Source of the DNA: Mustelus asterias
Taxonomy: Eukaryota
NCBI RefSeq assembly: GCF_964213995.1
Contig: NC_135830.1
Coordinates: 5,766,001-5,830,000 of the forward strand
Length of the DNA: 64,000 nucleotides
Direction of reading: 5' to 3'
Below, one piece after another: positions 12,777-26,789 of this stretch (the stretch's first letter is position 1; every line of letters starts with the position of its first letter). Made by a program: the position numbers and the translations under genes. Below the pieces are notes generated by a model. That model ran no database searches. It had not been told where the DNA came from and saw nothing but the letters and a program-made list of their open reading frames with translations.

Positions 12777-14800
12777 CTGGAAGGACTAAAGGTTGTCGCA
12801 CAGCATAAAGGTCAAGCACAGCATTAAAGCAAAAGTTAAAGCATACAAAGCGGCAAAGATTAGTGGGAAGCCAGAGGATTGGGACGTATTTATAAGCGAG
12901 CAGAGGACAACTAAAAAAGCAATAAGGGGGGAGAAGATGCAATATGAGTGTAAGCGAGCTAGTAATATCAAATAAGACAGGGAGAGTTCTTTTCAATCTA
13001 AAAAAAGGTAAGAAAGACGCAAACATTGACATTGGACCACTGGAAAATTAGACTGGAGAAGTAATAATAGGAAACAAAGCAATGGCAGAGGAACTGAATA
13101 GTTACTTTGCATCAGTCTTCACGGTGGAAGACACCAGTGGAATTCCAGAGCTCCAGGAGAGTCCGGGGGCACAGGTAACTGCAGTGGCCATCACTAAGGA
13201 GAAGGTTCTGGGGAAATTGAAAGGTCTGAAGGTGGATAAATCACCTGGACCGGAAGGACTACACCGCAGGTTTCTAAAAGAGATAACTGAGGAAATTGTG
13301 GAAGCATTGGTGGTGGTCTTTCAGAAATCACTGGACTGTACCAGAGGACTGGAAAGTAGTGAATGCAACACCACTGTTTAAGATGGGACGGAGGCAGCAG
13401 ACGAGAATTTATAGGCCGGTTAGCCTGGCTTCGTTCATTGGCAAGACTTTAAATTCCATTATTAAAGATGAGATCGCAGAGTCCATGGAAGTGCATGATA
13501 AAGAAGGACTGAGTCAGCACAGTTTTCTGAAGGGGAGGTAATATCTGACAAATCTGTTAGAGTTATTTGAGGAGGTAGCAAGGAAGTGAGATAAATGAGA
13601 GCCAGTGGACATGATTTATTTAGATTTCCAGAAGGCCTTTGACATGGTGCCGAAAAAGAGACTGTTAAATAAGTTAAGTGCACATGGTGTTAAGGGTAAG
13701 ATCCTGTCATGGATAGAGGATTGGTTGATTAGCAGAAGGCAGAGAGTGGGAATAAAGGGGTCTTTCTCAGGATGGCAGCCGGTGACTAGTGGTGTGCCTC
13801 AGGGGTCAGTGCTGGGACCACAACTTTTCACAGTATGCATTAACGATTTGGAGGAAGGAACTGAAGGCACTGTTGCTAAGGTTGCAGATGATACAAAGAT
13901 ATGTAGAGGGACAGGTAGTATTGAGGAAGCAGGGGGGCTGCAGAAGGGCTTGGACAGGTTAGCAGAGTCGGCAAAGATGTGGCAGCTCGAATACAATTTG
14001 GAAAAATGTGAGGTTATGCTCTTGGAAGGAGGAATGGAGGCATAGACTATTTTCTAAATGGGAAAATGCTGAGGAAATCAAAAATACGAAGGGACGTGGG
14101 AGTCATTGTTCAAGATTCTCTTAAGGTTAAAGTGCAGGTTCAGGAAGGCAAATGCAATGTTAGCATTCATGTCGAGAGGGCTAGAATGCAAGAGCAGGGA
14201 TATACTTCTGAGGCTGTACAAGGCTCTGGTCAGACCCAATTGGAGTATTGTGAGCAGTTTTGGGCCCCATATCTTCGGAAGGATGTGCTGGCCATGGAAA
14301 GGGTCCAGTGGAGTTTCACAAGAATGATGCCTGGAATGAAGAGCTTGCTGTATGAGGAACGGTTGAGTCCTCTGGATCTGTACTCGTTGGAGTTTTGAAA
14401 GATGAGGGGAGATCTTATTGAATCTTTCAGGATACTGCAAGGCCTGGATAGAGTGGGCGTGGGGAGGATGTTTCCACTCGTAGGAACAACTAGAACCAGA
14501 GGGCACAACCTCAGACTAAAGGGACGATCGTTTAAAACAGAGCTGAGGAGGAATTTCTTCGGCCAGAGTGTGGTGGATCTGTGGATCTCTTGCCGTAGAA
14601 GGTTGGAGGCCAGGTCATTGGGTGTTTTTAAGACAGAGATAGATGGGTTCGTGATTAATAAGAGGATCAGTGGTTATGGGGAAAAGGCAAGAGAATATAG
14701 ATGAGAAAAATATCAGCCATCATTGAATGGCGGGAGCAGACTCGATGGACCGAGTGGCCTCATTCTGCTCCTATTTCTTATGTCTTATGGACTTATGGTC
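12777..14800 (+). mobile_element. 5'-truncated CR1 LINE ORF2 (RT), multiply disrupted
   Basis: KSPGPEGL, YRPVSL, YLDFQKAFD, GVPQGSVLGP, ADDTK, TRTRGH motifs across frameshifted ORFs; tail (cttatgg)n; absent from copy B. Confidence 0.9.
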
Positions 14801-16638
14801 TTATATACTGACACACTTGGAATAAAGGACCTGCTTCGATTTTTGAAGTAGTAAATCACAAATATGCGAATGTAGAACAGCAAATATTTGGACCAGCTAT
14901 CGTCCCATCCATCCCTCCACTCTCTGATTTCTCAAGCAAAACATTCAGGCATCCAACTATCGTTCATCCCTGCATCAACGCAAGTATTCCTTTATTGCTG
15001 AGTAGATGGTGGCGTAATATTAATGCCAGTGTACCAGTAATCCAGAAGCCCAGGCCAATGATGTGGAGACACGAGATTAAATCCGACCCTGGCAGCTGTT
15101 GGAATTTGAATTCAATCAATAAATCTGGAATACGTCCTGACAGCGACCAGATAAACCTCTCTGATTCCCCAATGAAGGAAATCTGCCATCCCTACCTGGT
15201 CTGATCAGGATGTGACTGCAGACGGACAGCAATATAACTAACTGGGCAATGCCTTCTGAGATGCACTAGCATACCACTCAGTTCAAAAGAAATTAGGCAA
15301 AGGGAATAAATGTTGGCCTTTTCAGAGATTCTCACGTCCCATGGAAGAATGAAGTGAAAGAAAACACAAGCATAGATGTTTATCTAGTATAAAATATATC
15401 ACCTCTCTGAATCACCTCTCATAATCTGCCGGTATTTTTTTTATATCCATCCATCAATGTTTTCTTGTGTTGGAGAGATCATTATTGTTGCTAACAAGGT
15501 GCCAGAGAAGCTGAATACTTTCTTTTCCGAAGAAATGGGAAACATTCATAGATGTTTGCAACTTAAAAATAATTAAATTGCCTCCAGTACTGTTGCTGGG
15601 TAGATTTGTTTATAAATAGGCCCCATTGACAATGCTGAGAGTTTGAAGTTGGCTTGCAGCCAAGTGTTCAGTACTGAGGAAACAGGTTTTTGATTTACTG
15701 AACAAACACCCTCAGATGCTTCCTGTAAATATTTTTGGGTATTTGGCAGCAGCCTGGACAGTTGCCAAATACTGCGTAGGACAGATTAACGTGAATCTGT
15801 AAGGATAACATGGGACTTCGTCAGTTATACAATAAATGTTTTATTCCCAAAAGGAAGGCACATTTTAAATGTTTTTCCTTCGAAACAAATATTTTAAATG
15901 AATGCACTTTTCATTATGTGATTAAAATGTATCGGAAACTAGTCAATTGACTTGATGCTATTTCATTTGTATAGCTTCCAAAGAAATGTCCTTCCAACAA
16001 TTAAAGCCTCTTTATGAACAACTTCATGAAGTGCAAGAAAAATATGCTGATGTCCCCAATCCCTCAGTCCCATGAGATCAGTGTAAAGGCACAAAAATGA
16101 AAATAATTAAAAGTAAAAGAAAATCATATATCTGCCTTGAACTGCGGGAATTTCTGGAATATTCTCAATGTTCTGAACCTAATTAAAAACTTATACCTGA
16201 TGTATAACGTGTTCTTTTGTCCAGCATAATCTGATTTCGATTATTTAACAGTCCCTCTCATAACTGCCAATGAGCGAAGAAATGACCAGTTCATAACCTG
16301 GTTCAGTGAAAGATAAAATATTTATTCTTGTGATATTGTGCATTATGCCGCAAAGTCCTGATATATTGTGTTCCCAATACCAGCTGCTCGCCAATAAAAT
16401 GAACTGTCATGATTTGGATGCTGAAGGAGAACTTTCCTGATTGCCGTGTCCGTTCTAATTCATTAGCTTCTTTGTCAAAAGTCAATGTCAAATTTGTGTT
16501 TCTCTGTCAACTCAATGCTTAATTGTAAGTCAAGAAGTTTTCTTTCACCGTTAATTTTCACAGGGTTAAGGAGCTGTTGGGAAAATATATGGTGTAACAT
16601 TGTATCAGATAAGGAGTTTATTTTGTTAATTTATTAGT

Positions 16639-16915
16639 GGGCGGCACGGTGGCATAGTGGTTACCATTGCTGCTTCACAGCATCAGGGACCGTGCTTCAA
16701 TTCCCGGAATGGATCACTGTCTGTGTGTAGTCTGCACATTCTCCAATTGTCTGCCTGTTTATTCCCATTGTCCAAAGATATGCCAATTAGGTTGATTGGC
16801 GATGATGAATTGTCCCATAGAATCAAGTTAATTAGCAGGGATGGGAACAGGGCCTGGGTGGGAGCGTTGTCGGTGTGGGCCCGAGATGCTCCTAATGCAC
16901 TGCAGGGATTCTATG
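16639..16915 (+). mobile_element. V-type SINE
   Basis: ggcggcacggtggcatagtggttacc head; CR1-like tail gcactgcagggattctatg. Confidence 0.75.
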
Positions 16916-17663
16916 GATATGGGTGCCGCTGGCTGATCAATATTTATTGCCCACTCATTGTCGAGGGCAGTTGAGAGCTAAACACATTGCTGTGGCTCTG
17001 TAATCACATGTCGGCTAGATGAGGTAAGGACGGAATATTTCCTGCTTGAAAGGATATTAATGAACCAGATAGGTTTTTACACAATCGACAATGATATCAT
17101 GGTCATAAGTAGATTCTTAATTCCAGACGTTTTTACTGAATTTAAATTCCACCATCTGCCGTGGCGGGACTCGAAGCCGGGTCCTGAGAACATTAGTTGA
17201 GTTTGTGGATTAATTGTCTAGCGATAATAACGCGAGGCCATTGCTTCCCTTCTTCTTATATCCAGTCCCAAATTACAATGATAGCTATCCACACCTGAAA
17301 CACAATCATCCCAGCATTAAGTTACATAAATCGATAATAATTCTTCTAATGAATTATATTTCGCTGTAATGTGTTAGAGACACAGAATTATTGCAAATCA
17401 GACTGACATCTTTACCCTGATAATGTAATGTCATCTGTTTATGTCCATTCCCTTGTGAAGGGGTGACGAAATAAAGGCACTTAATTTACAATGAAATTGT
17501 TTCTTTTCTCTAACAGATGCTCAAATGCAATTTCACCTCTTGGACTAGCAGAGACATGACAATGGATTTCACTGTTACTCCCTCGGTGTTAGTCTGTCTC
17601 TGGAATGTTCCATTGCCAGCAATCAATTCACCGGGAATAATCCTTGGTGTTTTTGATATATTT

Positions 17664-17980
17664 CATTTGATTTCATTTGACTTATTATTATCGCACATAT
17701 TAGTGCACAGTGCAAAATATTGTTTCTTGCTCACGATACAGTCAGAGCATAACGTATATAGGGAAGGAAGGGAGAGAGTGAATAATGTAATTTTGCAGTC
17801 ATAGGTGGGGTGTAGAGAAAGATGAACTTAATGCGACGTAGGTCCATTCAAACGTCCGATTGCAGCAGGAGAGAAATTGTTTTTGAGTCGGTTTATACGT
17901 ATCCTCAGACTTTTGTATCTTGTTCCCGATGGAAAAAGGTGAGCGAGTATGTCCGGAGTGCGTGGCGTTTTATTTTCATA
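17664..17980 (-). mobile_element. LINE 3' fragment (possibly Rex1/Babar-like) inserted in the pseudo-VH leader intron
   Basis: Interrupts sequence homologous to 34735-34833; begins with (catttgatt)-type tail repeats. Family assignment from recollection only. Confidence 0.45.
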
Positions 17981-18001
17981 GGATTTTAGATATTTTTACA
18001 A

Positions 18002-18524
18002 GTGTCGAATCGGAGGTTGTGTTGACTCAGCGAGAGGCAGAAACTGGGTGTCCCTGAAACTCTTTGAGACTGACCTGCAAAGCCAACGCGTTCAATGTTG
18101 GCAGTAACTGGATGGTCTGGGTCCGACAGGTCCCTGAACAGTGTTTAAAGTCTCTTCTTCAGGACGATAGTCTTGAGTCAGCCTACAATTCCTCCGCCCC
18201 AGGATACAGAATCAATTTACTCCACCCGAAGACACTTCAAACAAAGTAAAGAGAAAATGCTGGAAAATCTCAGCAAGTCTGGCAGCACCTGGAAGGAGAG
18301 AGAAGAGCTTACTTTTCGATTAAAGATGACCCTTTGTCAAAACTTTGTCAAAAGGTCATCTGGATTCGAAATGTCAGCTATTTTCTCTCCTCACAGATAT
18401 TGCCAGGCCTGCTGAGATTTTCCAACATTTTCTCTTTTTGTTTCAATTCCAGAATCCGTAGTAATTTGCTTTTATACTTCAAACGAAATCGTCTCTTTGG
18501 AAATAACTGAAAACCGAAGATTCC
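18002..18524 (+). pseudogene. IGHV: IgM-type VH pseudogene
   Basis: [45 protein letters not shown]..APG(fs)QNQFTPPEDTSN[insertion]EIVSLEIT..KTED. Splice acceptor mutated (caa vs cag), TGA at 18055-18057, frameshift, 233-bp insertion, no YYC and no RSS. Confidence 0.9.
18243..18475. mobile_element. Palindromic Penelope-like element inserted in pseudo-VH FR3
   Basis: 9-bp TSD acttcaaac (18234-18242, 18476-18484); ~95-bp inverted arms centred near 18342; same family as 27550-28072. Confidence 0.8.
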
Positions 18525-21500
18525 TATCTTTACCCTGTCTGTTCTGCCTAGACACCAATTCCACTATGATGAAAATGACTCTTAGCCACTACTGAAATTG
18601 CCGGGCAGGCCATCCTGTTGTATCAAAGCTGCTATGGAAAAACAAATAATAAAATCATCCAGAGGGCAGGTTTCAACAAGCTGGTTCACAACAGCCTTCT
18701 CAGCAGGGACAACTAACTGTTGGCTTTGTCAGTGATGCTCACATCCAGAGGATCAATAACAACAGTGTAAAGTGCTGCCGATTCTGGAAATCTAAAACTA
18801 AAGTAACACAAATGCTACTCAGCAGGTCAGTGTACATCAGCAGATAGAGAACCAGATTCACATTTAAAATCGATGCCAGGATGCAAAATCTCATTGATAT
18901 AGTTCTAAAGAGCAAGGCTGCTCTCCCCAATATCCTACCTTAATACTGATTCTTCAAACAAAATCACAAATTTACTGGCAATTTATCACATCTCGGTTTG
19001 TGGGAGTTTGTTGTACGTACATTACCTGTTGTATTTGCAACATGATAGCAGTGACTAAATTCAGCAAAGGTACATCAGTGAGTTTTAAGAACTTTGGGAC
19101 TACATGAAGTCGGGTAAAGGGTTCTATAAATGTAAGCTCTACCAAAATGAAAGTTGTAATACGTTGGAAGTGCTGAGAGATTAATGCGAATATATTCATT
19201 CCTCTGCTGATCATAGCAGCATAGAATCATAGAATCCAGTGCAGTGCAGTAGGAGGCCATTCGGTCCATCAAGTCTGCAGCTGCTCTCCAGCAGAGCATC
19301 CTATCCAGGCCCAGCCTTCACCCTATCCCGACAACCTCACATATTCAGAGGCTAATGTCTCTAACCTACACATCGTTGCACACTAAGGGGCAATTTAGAA
19401 TCGCCAATCCACCTTGGGCCTGGGAATGATGCTCTGCTGGACAGCTGGTTCAGACTTGATAAATCGATGGTCTCCTTCTGCACTGTAGGGATTTTGTGAT
19501 TCTACGTTGCTCATCCTTGGACTCAAAGGAGCAATTTATCGTACCAATCCACCTAACCCGTACATCCTTGGACTGTGGAAGGAAACCGGAGCACCGGAGG
19601 AAACTCACATGGACATGGTCGAATGTGAAAAACCACACACAGTCACCCAAGGTTGGAATCGAACCCGCTTCCCTGTCACTGTGACGCAGCAATGCTACTT
19701 GTATCACTTAGTGATAACCACACTGGATTTTTTATTCTTCCCTCGTGTGAGTCTGATCACTAATTATGACAGGAATATTTCACACATCAGTTCTCTTTGT
19801 TTTAACTTGTCTAGTTGAAGCAATTTAGATCATCACTCAAATTAACATTCAGTGGAATACCAGCCTGTTCACAGATACTTTATTTATTGTGACATCAGAA
19901 CTTTCAGAACAAATTCTTAAATAGAATGTATTTATTCATTTAATTAAATAGCATCTGGTGTAATGTATGTTAAAAAGGTTTCTATTCATTTTGAACCAAC
20001 TGTTAATATTCTTAAAATAACCGCTATTTTGAGTTGAAACGAATGAATAAGTGACGGTTTATCTGTTTTTGCTGCCATGAACATTTCATTGTAAACAGTG
20101 AGGTGCTTATGTAAATAAACACAGAAATAGAAATCCCAGATTAGATTGTTGACTGACAAAGAGACAACAAATATTTCCCCACCAACACAGCACAGAAAAA
20201 TAGACAAACATGCAAATTGATCAACGGATTCCAGAAATGATTGTTTTTATACATTAGTTATTCATCAATTATATGAAGAAAAAATATCATGACAATATCT
20301 ATGTTAAGAATTAGCAAATAATCCCTCTGATCCCGAAATGTCGTAACACGGCAAATGTGTTCGTGGAAATTCCCTGTGTTTCATCTCTCTCTCTCTGTCT
20401 TTCTCCTTCTGGTTCTGTGTCTTGTCTCTTCACGATAGTTCATCGTCTTCCCTCCACAATCTGAATTCAATGTTGCCCAATGTATTCTCTCTGCCAGAGT
20501 AGTAAGGAATGCAACGCAATGAATTGGAATCCATGAGAGAGATTTACTCTAAAAGATCTCTTGAGCATTCTATGATCTTGGGATATTTTATACATTTCCC
20601 TCTGTATCGAACCTGTGTTGTACCTCGTAACAAGGATTCGATGTGGCAGTACCAAAGAAATTTTCCCTGTATTTATCCCTGCCCTTGGACTGTTTGACTG
20701 GACAGTGGAGAGGAATATTTAGTCTGCATCTAAACTCACATACCTGCCCTTTGAATGTTTGATATTACTTGTAGAGGGATATTTAATCCGTATCTAATCT
20801 CTGCTGTACCTGACCTGGGTGTATTTTATGGGACTGTGTCGAGGGATCTTCCCCCTCTACCGAACACCAATTCAAACTTGCCTCCCGATTCTCTGAAGGA
20901 AAAATGCAGAAGTGGTTTTACCTCGAAGAGAGCCTCTGGTCTGTATGCCTTCATTGTGTTTGAGCAGACTTTGTAGAGGGAGTTTCACTCTGTTTCTAGA
21001 CAGTCTCCCTTTTCCAGGAATGTTTTATTTTGATAGTGTGATGAAGGTTCACTTTGTATCTAAATCATGCTATTCCTGACTTGGGAGTGTTAAATTTGGC
21101 AATGCATGGGGGAACTTTACAGCTAACCCCATGTTACTCCTGTCCTGTGAATTTTTGATGGGGCAGTAGGCCGTCTCTCCAGATTTCATGGGGATTGAAC
21201 CAGTCTCTTTATTAGACAGTAAATTTACCCTGTGTCAGCTTCTATTATATAAGGTCGTGCCTCGGTTCATGTTGCACTCAACCCTATCTCTACACATAAT
21301 AAACGAGATGCTTTCTCTGATTATACTAAATTAGACCGTCTCCCTGTTTATATTATGCATCAACATGTTTCAGTTCATACCACTAGACGCTGCATCGGTT
21401 TGTATTAATTTAGACCTGTCTGTTTGTATTAAACTAGATGGAGTCTTATTTCTGCATTTGACCCTATCCACGTTTATATTGCATTGAACATGGTCTCAGT

Positions 21501-21560
21501 TTTTACTGCACTGGACAATGCCAGTAATGAGGAAAGTGTTTAGGGAGACACAATTCTCTG

Positions 21561-23772
21561 AACCATAGAACCATAGAAAATTACAGCTCAGAAACAGGCC
21601 TCTTGGCCCTTCTTGTCTGTGCCGAACCATTTTATGCCTAGTCCCACTGACCTGCACTTGGACCATATCCCTCCACACCCCTCTCATCCATGAACCCGTC
21701 CAAGTTTTTCTTAAATGTTAAAAGTGTCCCCGCATTTACCACTTTATCCGGCAGCTCATTCCACACTCCCACCACTCTCTGCGTGAAGAAGCCCCCCCTA
21801 ATACCCTTTAAACTTTCCTCCTTTCACCCTTAACCCATGCCCTCTGGTTTTTTTTCTCCCCTAGCCTCAGCGGAAAAAGCCTGCTTGCATTCACTCGATC
21901 TATACCCATCAAAATCTTATACACCTCGATCAAATCTCCCCTCAATCTTCTACGCTCCAGGGAATAAAGTCCCAACCTATTCAAGCTCTCTCTGTAACTC
22001 AGCTTCTCAAGTCCCGGCAACATCCTTGTGAACCTTCTCTGCACTCTTTCAATCTTATTTACATCCTTCCTGTAACTAGGTGACCAAAACTGTACACAAT
22101 ACTCCAAATTCGGCCTCACCAATGCCTTATGTAACCATACCATAACACTCCAACTTTTATACTCGATACTCCGATTTATAAAGGCCAATGTACCAAAGGC
22201 ACTCTTTACGACCCTATCCACCTGTGACGTCACTTTTAGGGAATTCTGTACCTGTATTCCCAGATCCCTCTGTTCAACTGCACTCTTCAGAGTCCTACCA
22301 TTTACCCTGTACGTTCTACTTTGATTTGTCCTTCCAAAGTGCAATATCTCACACTTGTCTGCGTTAAATTCCATTTGCCATTTTTCAGCCCATTTTTCTA
22401 GTTGGTCCAAATCCCTCTGCAAGCTTTGAAAACCTTCCTCACTGTCCACTACACCTCCAATCTTTGTATCATCAGCAAACTTGCTGATCCAATTGACCAC
22501 ATTATCATCCGGATCATTGATATAGATGACAAACAACAATGGACCCAACACCGATCCCTGCGGCACACCACTAGTCACAGGCCTCCACTCAGAGAAGCAA
22601 TCCTCCACAACCACTCTCTGGCTTCTTCCATTGAGCCAGTGTCTAATCCAATTTACTACCTCCCCATGTATACCTAGCGACTGAACCTTCCTAACTAACC
22701 TCCCATGAGGGACCTTGTCAAAGGCCTTGCTGAAATCCAGGTAGACAACTTCCACCGCCTTCCCTTCATCCACTTTCCTGGTAACCTCCTCGAAAGACTC
22801 TAATAGATTGGTCAAACATGACCTACCACGCACAAAGCCATGTTGACTCTACCTAATAAGTCCCTGTCTATCCAAATATTTGTAGATCCTATCCCGTATC
22901 ACACCTTCCAATAACTTGCCCACCACCGACGTCAAACTTACTGGCTGATAATTTCCTGGATTTCTTTTGGAACCTTTTTTAAACAACGAAACAACATGAG
23001 CCACCCTCCAATCATCCGGCACCTCCCCCGTGAATACTGACATTTTAAATATGTCTGCCAGGGCCCCTGCAAGTTCAACACTTCCCTCAAGGTCCGTGGG
23101 AATACCCTGTCCGGTCCTGGGGTTTTATCCACTCTGATTTGCCTCAAGACAGCAAGCACCTCCTCCCCTTTAATCTGTAACGGTTCCATGGCCTCCCTAC
23201 CAGTTTGCCCTATTTCCGTAGACTCCATGCCCGTTTCCTCAGTAAATACGGATGCAAAAAAACCAATTAGTATCTCCCCCATCTCTTTTGGTTCCATACA
23301 CAGTGTACCACTCTGGCCTTCAAGAGGACCAATTTTATCTCTCACTATCCTTTTGCTCCTAACATACCTATAGAAGCTCTTTGGATTTTCCTTCACTCTG
23401 TCTGCCAAAGCAACCTCATGTCTTCTTTTAGCCCTCCTGATTTCCCTCTTAAGGAGCTTCTTGCACTTTTTATACTCCTCGTGCATCAGATGTGTTCCTT
23501 GCTGCCTGTACATTTCATACAACTCTCTCTTCCTCTTAATCAGTGTTACAATCTCCCTCGAGAACCAAGGTTCCTTGTTCCTATTTACTTTGCCTTTAAT
23601 CCTGACAGGAACATACAAACTCTGCACTCTCAAAATTTCTCCTTTGAAGGCCTCCCACTTTCCATTTACATCCTTACCAGAGAACAGCCTGTGCCAATCC
23701 ACACTTCCCAGATCCCTTCTCATTTCATCAAATTTGGCCTTTTTCCAGTTCAGAACTTCAACCCGAGGACCA
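21561..23772 (-). mobile_element. 5'-truncated CR1 LINE ORF2 (RT), young but disrupted
   Basis: ORFs 22938-23723, 22849-23043 and 21808-22833 carry YLDFSKAFDKVPH, GVPQGSVLGP, FADD; tail (aaccatag)n on the + strand; absent from copy A. Confidence 0.92.
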
Positions 23773-24384
23773 TCTTCTTAAACAAGGAACATCCTCTTAA
23801 ACAAGGAAAAGAAGCTGTGTTATCTGAAATCTACTTCTGCTGACTGCATTGAAAATGGATACTAAGACCTGTATAGCATGCACTGTCAACACAGAACAAA
23901 GAACAAGGAAATTTACTGCAGAGGAACAGGCCCTTCGGCACTGGAAGCCCGCACCGACCAAATACTGTCGATCCAATACTGCCTGTTTCAGAATCCTGCC
24001 AGAGACCACTGTTTTTCATCCAACATAATATCTCTTCTTCTCGTAGAACCGCGGGGAAATGCAGACATCATTCAAATAGAGGCAAAGTTAAGTGCAGGCA
24101 TAACATTAACACAGTCGAGTGAAATATGCACAGGGTCAGGATCAAATATGACTGAACCAGAGAGTGTGGCTCGTGCAATATAAACTGATTTCTAGTCTAG
24201 CAGTGTATTAACAGAGACAGACTCTAATTTAACATAAACTGGGTCCTGATCCAGCAAAATAGAAATGGGTTTCTTTCCGAGTGCCATGTGGGGATGGTCA
24301 AAGGCCAAATGCTGATCTTTTCAGTGACACCCACATCCCATGAAACAAACATTACAAATATATATGACAACGTCGAGGAAAATA

Positions 24385-24740
24385 AAACTGAGACAGTGTC
24401 TAGTGCAGTTTTACTGGACATAGGAGCTTATACATATAAACTGAGACAGAGCCCAGTAATTAATGATACAGGACCTAAATTTCTTTAGACTGAGACGGAG
24501 TCAAGTGCATTAGTAATAATTACAAATAGATACAGGACAGTGACAGATGTAAACTGAGACAGAGTCCAATGTATTAGTAATGATTACTGATACAGCACCT
24601 AGACTGATGTAAACTGAGACAGAGTCCAGTGTATTAGTAATGATTACTGATACAGCACCTAGACTGATGTAAACTGAGACAGAGCCCAGTTTATTTGTAA
24701 TAATTACTGGTAAAGGGCCTAGACTGATACACACAGAGAT
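24385..24740. repeat. 60-bp minisatellite (copy B)
   Basis: Near-identical units agactgatgtaaactgagacagagtccagtgtattagtaatgattactgatacagcacct at 24541, 24601, 24661. Confidence 0.85.
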
Positions 24741-26789
24741 ACGGACAATGCAGCAATTAGGAGGTATTGCAAAATGCAATTATAGCTGAGACGTGACATA
24801 GTCTTAAATAAATAAATACATGGACTGGTGCAGCATTAACGTAAACAGGATCTAATTTATCAAAATCTAATGAACTATTCGCATAATGACTGTGACAGAA
24901 CCATGTGTCATGCATGAAACAGTTGCTCCAGTTTAGTATGCAGTGGCAAATGTTCTGAGGCAGCAAGAATCGAGACACGGCCTCTTGTCAGATCAGCAGA
25001 AGCATGGCTCAGTACCGCCATAACTTAGAAATTATAATATAAACAGGGCCTGTGTCTCATATACGAACACCTGATATTGAGCCAAGTGCAGGAAATAGCT
25101 TAGACATGACCTCCTGGAATATGATCCAGGCACAGCCTACTGTAATATAGACAGACGCAGAAGCTAGCTGAATATAGGCAGAGATATGGTATGTTTAAAA
25201 TTGTTGTGATTTTGATGTCACTGGGAAAGTCAGCTTTTGTTGCCAAACCATGAATTCCTTTGAGAATGTGGTGGCAAGCTTTGGGAAGCTGGTGGGTGGG
25301 GTGTTCTTCGAGCCAGCTACTTTGTCTAGAATGACATTGAGCTTTTGAGTGGCACACGTCAGGCAAGTAGAGAATATTCAATCATCTGTGTCGGCACAGA
25401 CTTGGTGGGCCGAAGGGCCTGTTCCTGTGCTTGACTGTTCTGTGATATTTTTTCATACTCCAGCCTTTTGCCTTGTAGATGATGGATAGGAGTTGGGAAT
25501 TCAGGAGGTGCGTTGTTCACTGCAGAACTCCGAGCGTCTGACCTGCTCCTGTGGCCACATGATTTAAACGTCTGTCTCCGTTCAGATTTTCACGAATTAT
25601 AATTCATAGGATGTTGATAGTGGGCGAATTCAGCGATGGGTCATGCCATTTAATGTCATGGGGGGTGGTTTGGAATCTCCCTCATTGGAGACTGTCATTG
25701 CTTACCACTTGTTGTGCATTAATGTTCCTTGTCATTCATTAGCCAAACACTAAATGTTTTCGAAGTCTTACTGCACATTGACACAGACTGTTTCAGTATC
25801 TGAGGAGCCGCGACTGGTGCTGAACTATGTGCAAGCATCAGTGAAAATCCCACTTCTGAACTTTGATGAAGGCTGAAGCTTGGGGCTCGGTCACTAACCT
25901 GAAGAATTCCTGCAGCAATGCGTGTGACTGGCAAGATTGGCCATCAACAATCATCTTCCTTTGTGCTCAGTATGACTCAGGCAGTGGACTCTGTTCCCCC
26001 TGATTCCCATTGACTGCAGTTTTGCTCGGGCTCCTTGATGCCACAAACGGTCAGACGCTGCGTCCATGTCAAGGGCAGGCACTCTCTATTCACCTTTTTA
26101 ATTTATTTTTTAAAATCCATATTTGGACTCTTTCCAAATCATTTCTGGAATCGAGTGCTCCTTGCGGGACCCACATTGAGCATCTTGGTGTGTGTGTGTG
26201 TTGTGTGAAATACACCGTGTTTGATACAAATTAATTCCACAATGATCACGTGCATCCTTCCATTTACACTACATGATGGACACACAATAAACACATCCAA
26301 TTCAGATTGGCTTCCTTTACATATGTCACCTTTTCTGATGATTGAGGAGGCCAATTTTTGAAAAGTTAGTTCGGCCACAAGTGCTGCCCATTAAGCTACC
26401 ATTCGTCATTGTGTGTTATTGTTTTTGTATCATGAATGGATATTAGGAGCTTTGGTGTAGAACCAGTTATCACCAAAATCCTGTATTCCTTGCCCTGCTG
26501 ACGGTGGTGAATGTCTTAGCGAGATTGACCGAAGTACGTTAAGGATATGGACATATATGGAACATGGAGAAGTTGTTGGCTGGAGTAAATCTTCCAATAC
26601 AATCACTAAACTGCACATCAGATATACCCGGTCTGCAAGCAGATGATGTATTTCAAGTGTGACCTCAGCAAAGATCTTTCCCGTGATGTTATGACTGAGA
26701 TATGCCTGTAGTTGTAACAGTCTCTTCCATCGGTTTAGTTTGCAAAAATGTGTGATAAATTTGAATCATGCATGTCTCATGGAATTGTG

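Larger units (their letters stand above)
2124..18523 (+). repeat. Segmental tandem duplication, copy A (upstream block plus VH pseudogene)
   Basis: Collinear diverged matches to 18524-35120: 2830-3400~19810-20400; 4270-5340~23840-24990; 9690-10130~26290-26720; 11900-12100~31870-32060; 14800-16610~32200-34040; 17250-17566~34050-34383; VH-like ends. Confidence 0.85.

Noticed and set aside
24385-24740. Regular 60-bp period resembling a CRISPR array
   Set aside because: Whole units repeat with no unique spacers; eukaryotic minisatellite.
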